This document shows positions 1 to 10,942 of a stretch of DNA of 64,000 bases, one piece after another (the first letter of the stretch is position 1; every line of letters starts with the position of its first letter). The position numbers were made by a program, and so were the translations under genes. The stretch is from Eledone cirrhosa (Eukaryota), in contig OZ024742.1 of NCBI GenBank assembly GCA_964016885.1, positions 342,116,001 to 342,180,000 of the forward strand, given 5' to 3'. The notes below the pieces were generated by a model. It did no database searches. It was not told where the DNA came from and was given only the letters and a program-made list of their open reading frames with translations.

Positions 1-1157
1 CGTCCCAGGTTTTTTGGGGTCTACCTACTCCGTAACTTCCATCAATTTTGATCGCCCTGCACTTTTTTTATACAACTGTTGTCTTTCATGCGCATCACGT
101 GACCACACCAATGTAGTCTTCTTTCGAGTAAACAGCATCTGATCCTTCTTATTCCTAATTTCTCACTTAGTTCATTTATGCTTTGCCATTCGCATATTAC
201 ACATCCAACGGAGCATGGATGCTTCGTTCCTCTCCAGTCTGCGCAGATCCTCTGCACACAATGCCCACGTCTCACTGCCATGTAGCATTGCTGTTCGTAT
301 ACAGGCATCATACAATCTGCCTTTCATTTTTAGCGAGAAACCTTTAGTGGCCAATAGTGGTATTAGCTCTCTGAACTTTTTCCATCCCGTTCTGACTCTG
401 GCTACTGAACTGTCAGAGCACCCTCCACCACTGCTGATTTTGTCACCCAGGTAACGGAAAGTGTCCACTATTTCTATAGAACCATCTGGGCAATAGAAGG
501 AGATAGTATCCTGTGGGCACTTGCTACTTATTGCACCTGAGCATCGGCCACATATAAAATCTACGTTATTAGATAGCTTACCTGTAATCCCACTACATCT
601 TTTATGTACCCATTGTTTGCATTTGGGACATAAAATGGAATTTCTGCCTACTCCATTCCTACACACTGAGCATGGCCATTTCCCAGAGGGTTCCTGTACC
701 CTATTTTCCTTTCTACATACTAGAACTTTAGTCTTAGACAAGTTAACTTTAAGGCCTTTTGATTCTAGGCCATGCTTCCATGTTTGGAATTTCTTCTCTA
801 GTTCAGTCATCGATTCTATGAGAGTTAGATCATCTGCATATAGAAGTTCCCATGGGCAGCCGGTCTTGAACTCCTCTGTTATAGCCTGAAGGGCAATAAT
901 AAATAGGAGGGAGCTAAGGACAGAGCCTTGATGAACATCAACTATTCATCAACACCTAGTTTTCTAAGAGCCCACCAGATAATGGAGCAGGGGACGCTGT
1001 CAAAGGCTTTCTCCAAGTCAACAAAAGCTAAGTATAGGGGTTTACTTTTAGCTAGGTACTTCTGTAGTTGTCGTACAAGGAAAAGAGCGTCCGTGGTACT
1101 TTTACCTGACACAAACCTAAACTGCATTTCATCTAGATCAATTCGTTCTCTGATTAG
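1..1157 (-). mobile_element. RTE-clade non-LTR retrotransposon fragment (copy A): RT, PHD-like finger and C-terminus; 5'-truncated, decayed, runs off the left edge
   Basis: Minus-strand translations give RT motifs QFRFVSGKSTTDALF, LYLAFVDLEKAFD, HQGSVLS, ELLYADDL, GLKVNLSKTKVL, FRYLG and the RTE C-terminal [16 protein letters not shown] / RRLHWCGHVMRM / GRPQKTW. There are stops and frameshifts, and a ~88-bp internal deletion near 940 relative to copy C. The 5' end abuts a TA run at 1158. Confidence 0.93.
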
Positions 1158-1189
<32 letters not shown>

Positions 1190-1215
1190 ATGTAATAAAC
1201 AACATAAGGCAATTA

Positions 1216-1275
1216 TTCCATTTACCAGTGGTTTCTTAAAAGCAAAAGGTTTTGCTTTCAATCCTCAGAATGAAA
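1216..1275 (-). ncRNA. Type I hammerhead ribozyme motif (HHR-1)
   Basis: Minus strand reads UUUCAUU-CUGAGGA-UUGAAAGCAAAA CC UUUUGCUUUUAA-GAAA-CCACUGG-UA^-AAUGGAA. It has intact CUGANGA/GAAA/UH boxes, a 7-bp stem I, a ~12-bp stem II, a short stem III and a GUA cleavage triplet. Confidence 0.8.
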
Positions 1276-1465
1276 AATCCTGGTTTGTTTATTGAATATG
1301 GATTCTAAAAACAAAAATGCAATCTATATGAAAGTGAGGCTGGAAAAAGGAGAAGGAAAGGAAAAATAAAATAAAATAAAACTACACATGCAAACACACA
1401 CAAAAAAACACAAAAGCATACTAACACATTTATATATCGGACTTTTCTGATGGAATTACTTCATT

Positions 1466-1838
<373 letters not shown>

Positions 1839-4492
1839 ATCATCATCATCATCATTTTACGTCCGCTTTTCCCTGCTTGCAAGGGTGGGACGGGTTTTAT
1901 TCAGCACAGCATCTCTCCACTTGCCACGGTCCTTCGTCATCTCCACCACGAGCTTCAGCGATCTGAAGTCTGTTCTCACCACCTCCACCCATGTTTTTCG
2001 TGGTCTACATCTACCACGTCTTCCTTCAACTGGAATTTCCTGGCACTTCTTTACCCATCGTTCATCCTCCATGCACATCACATGTCCATACCACCGCAGT
2101 CTCTTCTCTTGCACACTACATTCTATCCCTCTCAGACACAGTTTCTCTCTCAACACACCCATGCTGGGTCGCTCACGCACGTTGACATTGCACATCCAAC
2201 GGAGCATGCTTGCCTTATTTCTCTCCAGCCGTCGCATATCCTCTGCAGTTGCTGCTCATGTCTCACTACCATGCAGCATCGCGCTCCTCACACAGGTATC
2301 ATATAACCGGCCTTTCGTACGCAGGGAGAAACGCTTCTTCGTCAGCAGAGGAAGCAGCTCCCTAAACTTCTTCCAACCCGTCCTTATTCTAGATACTATG
2401 GCTTCGGAACACCCCCTCCCATGCTAATCTGATCTCCTAGATACCGGAAGCTATCCACCACTTCTATAGAACCTGCCTGCATTTGAAAAATGTGTCTATC
2501 AATGCGACTTCTACTGTCTAATTTCTCTGTATGCATACGTATTTCTACCTACCTGTTAGTTTGCCTGCTATCCCACTACATCTCTTGTGTACCCAGGATC
2601 TGTATTGTGTGCATTTTATAGAATTTATGCCAGTTCCGTTTCTGCATATTGACGGAATCAGGAATTTTGTCCTCTTTTCTACTCCTCAACACTTTTGTCT
2701 TAGCTAGGTTCACTCTCAGTCCTCTTGCTTCCAACTGCTGTTTCCATAGCCATAATTTATTCTCTAGCTCCTCTACTGATTCTGCTATAAGAACCAGATC
2801 GTCAGCATAGAGAAGTTCCCATGGACAGCCAGTCTTAAACTCCTCTATTTTGGCTTGGAGGACTATTATGAACAAGACCGGGCTGAGGACCGAACGCTGA
2901 TGTACTCCTACTTGTATCTGGAATTCCTCACTAAACTCCATTCCTACCCTGACTTTACTGACAGCACCTCTGTACAAAGTTTGCACTGTCCTCACAAGCC
3001 ATTCCTCAACACCTAGTTTCCTTAGGGACCACCAGATGACAGATTGGGGTACCCTATCAAAGGCCTTCTCTAGGTCAACAAAGGCTAAGTATAGTGGCTT
3101 ATTCTTCTCTAAGAACCTCTCTTGTAATTGTCTCACCAAGAAGAGGGCATCTGTTGTACTTTTCCCAGGCACAAAACCAAACTGCATCTCATCTAGTTTG
3201 ACCCTTTCTCTAATTAGTTGTGCTAATATCCTTTCTGCCACTTTCATAACATGATCCATCAGTTTTATACCCCTATAATTGCTCATCTTCAGGGCATCCC
3301 CTTTACCTTTGTAGCAATTTATGAGAATACTGCTGCACCAGTCTTTGGGTATGGCACCACCATATGTAGCCTTATTGATGATGCGTGCAACCAGTTTAGT
3401 GCCTACGTCCCCTGATGCCTTCAGCATCTCAGCAACTATCCCCGACCGTCCAGCAGCCTTACAATTTTTCATTTCCTTAATGGCCTCTTGGACCCTATAT
3501 TCGTCAATCTCAATAGCTGGTCCCTCTGTCGGATCTACTGAGGGGAATTTTTCTCTCTCCTATTCGTTCTCCACATTCATCAGTCTCTCATAGTGACATT
3601 TCCAGGCCTCCTTTTTCTGATCATTCGTGACACTAAGTACACCGGCATCATTCCGGACACATTTATCTCCAACAACATCCTGATTTGCATTGACACACTG
3701 CCTTGCAATGTGGAACACCGCATGCTCTGATCTTCCCGTCGCAGAACATTGGCACACCTCCTACTCTCAGCCTCCCTGCGTGATAAGTACACCTGACGTC
3801 GAGCTTCTCTCTTAGCGGCTGTATATCCTTCTCTACTCCCACCCTTTTTCCAAGCCTTCCATGCTAGTCTTTTGTCTCTAATGGCTTTATCTACTATGCT
3901 GTTCCACCACCAGGTCACTCTCTGTCTGGCTGGAACTCTGCTCCAGCCACAAGTTTCACCAGTAGCCTGCAGTAAGTTGTCACGTACAAAATTCCAGTTA
4001 TTATCTATGTCATACATCTCTAAATCGTCTTATTTTTCGTCATACACATCTTGAAGAGCTTTCCTAAATTTGTATTTTAGTGAAAGGTCTTTTAGCTTCC
4101 AGACCTTTCTTCTCCACACCTTCCTGTATGTCTCATTCCATCTCTTGCTTACTGAGATATCACTAACGACTAACCTATGCTGTGGGGTAGATTCTTCCCC
4201 AGGGTATGCCTTGGTATTTGACACCACCTGCCTGTCCTGCTGCCTAACTAGTAAGAAGTCAATCTGGCTTATGTGCTCACCAGATTTGTAGGTTACTAGG
4301 TGGTTGGCAGTTTTCTAGAAGTCAATCTACTTGTATCACAAAATTCAAGGAGTCTCACTCCTTCTTCATTTCTTGAGCCGTAACCGTGCCCACCATGTAC
4401 CCCAGTGTAACCATCCTGGAGCTGTCCAACATGACCATTGAAGTTCCCTGTTAGCATAACGATGTCTCCGTCCTCTGTCATTGCAGTTGAGA
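1839..4492 (-). mobile_element. RTE-clade LINE (copy B, different subfamily), 5'-truncated within the APE endonuclease, decayed
   Basis: Minus-strand fragments include the APE C-half (GNFNGHVG, GYGSRNEEGVRLLEFC, QIDFLL, PQHRLVV), TWWWN, RT (NYRGIKL, QFGFVPGKSTTDA, AFVDLEKAFD, LLYADDL) and the C-terminal [17 protein letters not shown]. The 3' (ATG)n tail appears as (CAT)n at about 1839-1855. Multiple frameshifts. Confidence 0.95.
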
Positions 4493-4580
4493 TTTTAAAA
4501 AAAGCCCCTTACACAACTAACATTTTCAAAAATAAAACTTGAGTCGATTTAAGTCTTACTTCAAATCAATATATATATAT

Positions 4581-5165
4581 ATAAAAATTAGAATTGTTGC
4601 TCTGAAATAGCTATATATATATGAATGTATATATAGTGTATTTTGCAATACACTGTATGCTTCATAAAAAGCATTTTGAAGACCTTATGCTATTGTTTTA
4701 AAGTAGTGACAGACTCACTTACTTTAATTTCAGCAAACAGGGGGAGATAAAGCTGACAAGGCCTTGTTTCTGCATTTATTGATGCTTATCAAAGCCAATA
4801 TATACAGCTATATATATAGCCAATATATATAGCCAATATATATAGCTATTTCAGAGCAACAATTCTAATTTTTTATTTCTGCTTGACCGGCAACCGCTCT
4901 GTATAATCAGTTCCTGATTATTTACTAGAATTCTATAAGAACCAAAACATCCAGGTTTTCAGCAAACAGGAGGAGTAGTTGGCTTTGATAAGCATCAATA
5001 AATGCAGAAACAAGGCCTTGTCAGCTTTATCTCCCCCTGTTTGCTGAAATTAAAGTAAGTGAGTCTGTCACTACTCTAAAACAATAGCATAAGGTCTTCA
5101 AAATGCTTTTTATTAAGCATACAGTGTATTGCAAAATACACTATATATACATTCATATATATATA
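4581..5165. repeat. Two interleaved inverted repeats (~40 bp: 4581-4620 / 4836-4876; ~187 bp: 4612-4798 / 4979-5165)
   Basis: Direct reverse-complement comparison: ATGAATGTATATATAGTG...TATCAAAGCCAA matches TTGGCTTTGATA...CACTATATATACATTCAT with very few mismatches, and AATTAGAATTGTTGCTCTGAAATAGCTATA matches TATAGCTATTTCAGAGCAACAATTCTAATT. Confidence 0.9.
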
Positions 5166-6211
5166 TCTATATATATAAAACTGAGGTTGTCTGTCTGTCT
5201 ATCGATTTTTGGCACACATCTCCTCTTAAAATCTCTCACGGAATTGCACCGAAATTGCTATACTTGTACATTGAGCCCTAGCGAAGACATCGGAAAAAAA
5301 AAATTTCAAATTGACCCGCCCTATCTGACGAAATCGAATATAATGTATCGATTTTTGAGCGTAAGTGATCAGTTATTTCCCTTTGTTCTGTTTACATTGA
5401 GCGTCTGCGTGCAAAAATTAAAAAAATTACGCTGGCTTTCTCAGCGTTAGCCTTTTAAAACAATATTTTTACTTGAAAACAAGTCTATTTAAAGACTACG
5501 TAAAACAAGCAAATATTTCGTAAAAAAAAGCAAAAATTATATAAGTTTATTTAAAATATATGTATCTGTAAATTTCGTTAGGCGTGCAGACAGACAGTCG
5601 TGCAGACAGACAGTCGTGCAGAGAGGTGATATAGGCGTGCAGACAGATAGTCGTGCAGAGAGGTGATATAGGCGTGCAGACAGATAGTCGTGCAGAGAGG
5701 TGATATAGGCGTGCAGACAGACAGTCGTGCAGAGAGTTGATATAGGCGTGCAGACAGACAGTCGTGCAGAGAGGTGATATAGGCGTGCAGACAGACAGTC
5801 GTGCAGAGAGGTGATATAGGCGTGCAGACAGACAGTCGTGCAGAGAGGTGATATAGGCGTGCAGACAGATAGTCGTGCAGAGAGGTGATATAGGCGTGCA
5901 GACAGACATAACTGATAATTTGGTTACGCTAATGTTTTTCTCTGCGTTGCAGTGTTTACATTTTCGATCTTTGTTAATAAATAACCAGTGCAGTTTTTAT
6001 CCCCAGCATCCTCTTTTGTTATAACATTCGGGTTATCGTTGTTTTCTTAACTTCATAAGGCATATTGTTGGTTGAGGGAATATTAATCAAAAACACCACA
6101 TGCAAGTCTGCACAGTAGACACTACAGTTTTTAAGCCAAAAAAGAAACTTAACATTGTAACTTTAACACAGCTACTGAGCGACCCCGAGCAACGCCGGGT
6201 TTTACTGCTAG
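5166..6211 (+). mobile_element. Non-autonomous Helitron
   Basis: Starts A|TCTATATATATAAAA followed by a (GTCT)n tract. Ends with a GC-rich hairpin CCCGAGCAACGCCGGG (6184-6199) 8 nt before CTAG|T (6208-6211). Inserted between A and T with no TSD, matching canonical Helitron termini. Confidence 0.85.
5579..5907. repeat. 37-bp minisatellite (~8.5 copies) inside the Helitron
   Basis: Unit TAGGCGTGCAGACAGACAGTCGTGCAGAGAGGTGATA, with GGCG recurring at 5634, 5671, 5708, etc. It is built from a 16-bp CGTGCAGACAGACAGT subunit, present as an extra copy in the first monomer. Confidence 0.95.
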
Positions 6212-6488
6212 TATATATATATAATAATAATAATACTCATCTTGAAGTTCTTGAAGAGATAAGACACACTTGACTCTGAAAGGCTAAAATGAATCACTAG
6301 AACTGCTTAACCACGTTCCAGCCATCCATCCATACAATCTTCCAGGTATCCCCCTATTTCCTAATTGCAAATGTTCCACTCACACAATTATTACTATATT
6401 TATCATCTCACGAGCTTCCACAACATATTTATTTTTACCTTCATTTTCTTTTCCCATGCTGTCCCTCTACGAACTCATCTACTCTCTT

Positions 6489-6570
6489 CCTCTCTCTTAC
6501 ACTATTATTAGTTGTTGTATTTATCATTTCCTCTCTCTTACACTATTATTGGTTGTTGTATTTATCATTT
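6489..6570. repeat. 41-bp tandem duplication (2 copies)
   Basis: CCTCTCTCTTACACTATTATT(A/G)GTTGTTGTATTTATCATTT starts at 6489 and again at 6530. Confidence 0.9.
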
Positions 6571-6844
6571 CGCTGTCTCTACGAAGTCATCTACTCCTAT
6601 CGGTTTATTTTGCCATGAGATGCTACAGGCCATGATGGCTACCTACCTCACAATTTCCCTCCCTCCCGTCCCCTCACACCACCATAGCCTATTCGACCAA
6701 TCAAACCTCAGCATGCCCCCCACCCCCCACAAACCCTGCCATTTCTACTACTACCTAACTCTCTCCTCCCTTGTCCCAGTCCCAACACACCCTGCCATTA
6801 TTACCACTGTTCTTCTAGCCCTGAATTTTCCTACCATTATGTAT

Positions 6845-9800
6845 GGATGAGCTGAGAATAAATGGAGCAACTCTGAATTAATAGATGAAAATTAATATGA
6901 ATCCACGAGCTACCAAGCACCCATGTGAAGCTCCAATTCAGAGACAGGAAGCACACACACACCCCTGCAAAAATCGACCCTCCCCTACGAATGTTGACAA
7001 ATGACCAAAACTCAAAGTTGGTACCATCAATGTAAGCACAATGAAAGGAAGAGCAGGAGAAATCGTAGAAATGCTGGAGCGAAAGGAAATTGATGTATGC
7101 TGTGTGCAAGAGACTAGATGGAGCGGAGAGTCTGCTAGAGTCCTTGTAGGAAAAGGTCAGTGCTACAAATTTTTCTGGGTGGGAAATGACGATGGGATGG
7201 GTGGTGTAGGTATACTACTAGCTGACAAGTGGGTAGATAAAGTAATCTCAGTGTACAGGGTAAATGCAAGAATCATTAAACTCAGACTAGTCCTGAATAA
7301 AACAATTACCACAATAATATCAGCTTACGCACCCCAATCGGGGTTGCCAGACGAACTTAAGGATAGGTTTTACGAGTCCCTAATGCACACTACTGCTCTA
7401 ACAAACGACAATGACTTCCTAATCATTGCAGGAGATTTTAACGGACACGTAGGTAAACACTGTGACGGCTTCAATAGAGTCCATGGAGGCCATGGGGTTG
7501 GCACAAGAAATGAGGAAGGATTCAGACTTCTAGAATTCTGCGACGCCAATGACATGTTGATATGTAACACAAACTTAAAAAACCCGATAACCACCTGATC
7601 ACCTATAGATCAGGGGAACATTCTAGTCAAATAGATTTTATCCTCATCAGAGGATGTGACAGATGGACAGTCGTAAACACAAAAGCCTACCCTAGTGAGG
7701 AATGTACCTCCCAACATAGTTTAGTTGTCAGCGACCTCACGGTCAGGACTAGACGAACCTGGAAGCAGAGGCGAACCTGGAGAAGAAAGATCTGGAAGCT
7801 GAAAGTCCCCTCAGCCAGTAACAGATTTAAAGATATTTTACTCAATGCCTATGACAGTAAAGAAGAACAGATAGAGACATTCAATGTAGAAGAGCACTGG
7901 GAGTTCCTAAAAAATAACTTACTAGAGGCGACGGATGAGATCTGTGGCTGGATTAAGACCACAAGCAGGAGGAGAGTGACTTGGTGGTGGAACAATAAGG
8001 TAGATGAGGCAGTTAAGGCCAAGAGACAGGCATGGAAAGAATGGAAGAATGGGGGAAGCAGGGTACATTACATAGAGACAAAGAGGGAAGCTAGGCGACA
8101 AGTATACTTAGCTAGGAGGGAAGCAGAGGATAGAAAATTCAAGCATGTTTTGCAACGTGAGGACCAGAAACAGGAGGTATTCAAGATTGCGAGGCAGTGT
8201 GTCAGAGAGAATTGTGATGTCATTGGAGAGAAGTCTATCCGGAATGATAAAGGTGAGCTTGCCCTCACAAGTGCTGAGAAGAAAGATGCATGGAAGAGCC
8301 ATTATGATAGATTACTAAATGAGGAGAATGCATGGGAAGAAGAGACCCTACCCCAAGTAGACCCTATAGAGGAGCCAGCAGTATAAGTCAGCAGCAGTGT
8401 ATTAAGTAAGGCAATCAAAGATATGAAGATGGGGAAGGCAACCGGTCCATCGGGTATAGCTGCTGAGATGCTGAAGGCATCTGGGTATGTAGGTCACACT
8501 ATAACCACACGTATTGTTAACCAGGTAATACTAGAAGGTGTCATACCAAAAGATTGGTGCAGTAGCATCATTGTCAACTGCTACAAAGGTAAAGGTGATG
8601 CACTAGATAGAGGAAACTATAGAGGTATAAAGCTGATGGACCAGGTCATGAAAGTAACAGAAAGAGTTATAGCACAGTTGATTAGGGACCGGGTGAAACT
8701 AGATGAGATGCAATTTGGGTTTGTACCAGGAAGAGGCACCACTGATGACCTCTTCCTTGTGAGACAGTTACAGGAAAAGTACCTAGCTAAAAGTAAGCCA
8801 CTCTACCTAGTATTCGTCGATCTCGAGAAAGCCTTTGACAGAGTTCCATGTGCTATAATCTGGTGGGCTCTTAGAAAACTAGGAGTAGATGAATGGCTTG
8901 TGAAAGCTGTACAAGCCATGTATAGGGGAGCAGTCAGCAAAGTTAGGATTAGCAATGAGTATAGCGAGGAATTTAGCTTACAGGTTGGTGTCCACCAGGG
9001 CTCTGTTCTTAGCCCTCTCCTGTTCATCATAGTCCTGCAGGCAATAACGGAGGAGTTTAAGACTGGATGCCCATGGGAACTCCTGTATGCAGATGAGCTC
9101 GCACTTATAGAATATATGGTAGAACTAGAGAAGAAATTCCAAACTTGGAAGCAGGGACTAGAAAGAAAGGGTCTCAAAGTCAACATGACAAAGACTAAGG
9201 TCCTTGTAAGTAGATGAGAAAACAGAACCCAGATCCCCTCAGGGAAATGGCCTTACTCAGTATGTAGGAAAGGTGTAGGTAGGAACTCCATTCTCTGCCC
9301 CAAATGCAAACAATGGGTACACAAGAGATGTAGCAGGATCTCAGGAAGCTTAATTAAGAATGTAGGCTTCACATATAGCAGCTGTGCTGGGACAGCAAGC
9401 AGCAAACAGCCACAGGAAACAAGTACCACCAATCTCTGGGAGGGCTCTGTAGAAACAGTAGACAGCTTCTGCTACCTAGGTGACCGAATTAGCAGCAGAG
9501 GTGGGTGTTCAGAAAGTACAATAACTAGAGTAAGAACGGGATGGAAGAAGTTCAGGGAGCTACTGCCACTGCTAGCTGCAAAAGGCTTCTCCCTCAAAAT
9601 GAAAGGCAGACTGTATGATGCGTGTATCCGAACAGCAATGTTACATAGTAGTGAGACCTGGGCACTGAAGGTGGAAGACTTATGTAGATTAGAAAGAAAC
9701 GAAGCCAGCATGCTCCGATGGATGTGTAATAGTAATTATACACGAATGGCAAAGCATAAATGAATTGAGAGAGAGACTGAGCATCAGAGGAATCAAATGC

Positions 9801-10347
9801 TGTGTGCAGGAGAGGCGGATGCGTTGGTATGGACATGTGATGCGTATGAAGGATGACAGCTGCATAAAAAGGTGCAGAGCACTAGAAGTCAATGGAAGCC
9901 GTGGAGTGGGGAGACCCAAGAAGACCTGGGATGAGGTGATAGGGCCGACCTTACCCAGTTGCACCTCTCAAAGGCGATGACACACGACCGTGACCTCTGG
10001 CGTCATGCAGTAATACAGAGTACCTGCCTTCCCATGGGGACAAGCTGAAGCATATAGACAATATGCCGCCACACCCTCCCACTGCAAAGTGGTTGTGGAG
10101 GTGCCACAGCAAAAAAGCACCCAGCCCACACTGTAAAGTGGACGGGTAGGCGCCACGGAAAAAAGCACCCAGCACTCACTGTAAATGAGGTTGGTGTTAG
10201 GAAGGGCATCCAGCTGTAGAAACCAAGCCAAAATCAGTTCCTGTATGAGCAAGGCATGGTCAGCCGACAAGACACTGCCCACAACAGGACAACCCGTCTA
10301 ACCCATGCTAGCATGGAAGAACGGACGTAAAACGGTGATGATGATGA
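6845..10347 (+). mobile_element. Near full-length RTE-clade LINE (copy C), single APE-RT ORF now disrupted; 5' boundary approximate
   Basis: APE from about 7010 (KVGTINVSTM, DVCCVQETRW, GVGIL, ISAYAPQ, IAGDFNGHVG, SQIDFIL, SQHSLVV), RT at 8423-9217 and C-terminus to about 10000. In-frame stops at 8384 and 9215, frameshifts, and catalytic YADD changed to YADE. The 3' UTR ends in the palindrome CCATGCTAGCATGG (10303-10316) and a (GAT)n tail at about 10336-10347. Confidence 0.95.
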
Positions 10348-10503
10348 CTATTTATAGTTATGTATATACTATAAACAGGAAAGGTCAGTAATTTATTACT
10401 ACCTTATTACCAGTAACAGAAATAGTTCAATGTAAGAACATCAGGTGTTTTACAGAGCAGGAATATAAATTACACAAGTATCAAAGTTATGTTCAAATCA
10501 TTT

Positions 10504-10555
10504 AATCGCTGACAATTGTTTCTTCCAAACTTTAGTTTGGAGTCATCGGAGCATT
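10504..10555 (-). ncRNA. Minimal type I hammerhead ribozyme motif (HHR-2), U4C core variant
   Basis: Minus strand reads AAUGCU-CCGAUGA-CUCCAAAC UAAA GUUUGGAA-GAAA-CAAUUG-UC^-AGCGAUU. It has a palindromic 6-nt stem III and a GUC triplet, with one core change (CUGA to CCGA) and a mismatch at the base of stem II. Confidence 0.65.
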
Positions 10556-10942
10556 ATCAATATTTGTACATATAATTAACCTCCTATTCAACTGAACAAT
10601 CATATAGTTACATATATGTTGATGTTGTGAACAACAGTTTAGTATATATAGGGTGGAATGGATGTGATATATATTATACGAGAATTGTACAATAATTAAA
10701 ATTAAAATTAAAAGCACAGAGTGGAATACATGCGACAGATAATACAAGAGAATAGTCTAATAATTAAAGAGGCATTGAGAAAGTACATATTCAAGCGTGT
10801 AGAGATTGCACATCTGTTAGTCATATATATGGGAAGGAAACAAGCAAAGGTATTAGGTATATATGAATACTGTATGGCAAGGTATTACATACAATTTATT
10901 TGATTTATTTAATTGTGTAATTTATACTTTATATATATATAT

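Noticed and set aside
4905-4960. Hammerhead-like CTGATTA-hairpin-GAAC
   Set aside because: Two core mismatches and no clear stem I or stem III.
5547-5909. Repetitive 120-aa ORF (SVCTPISPLCTT...)
   Set aside because: It is a translation of the 37-bp minisatellite cycling through frames.
6236-6300. Possible fourth hammerhead on the + strand (TTGAAGA...GAAA)
   Set aside because: The core C is missing, and stem III and the UH site are not convincing. At best it is a heavily decayed relic.
7041-9980. RTE copy C as an active element or domesticated gene
   Set aside because: It has in-frame stops, frameshifts, YADD changed to YADE, and lost zinc-finger cysteines.
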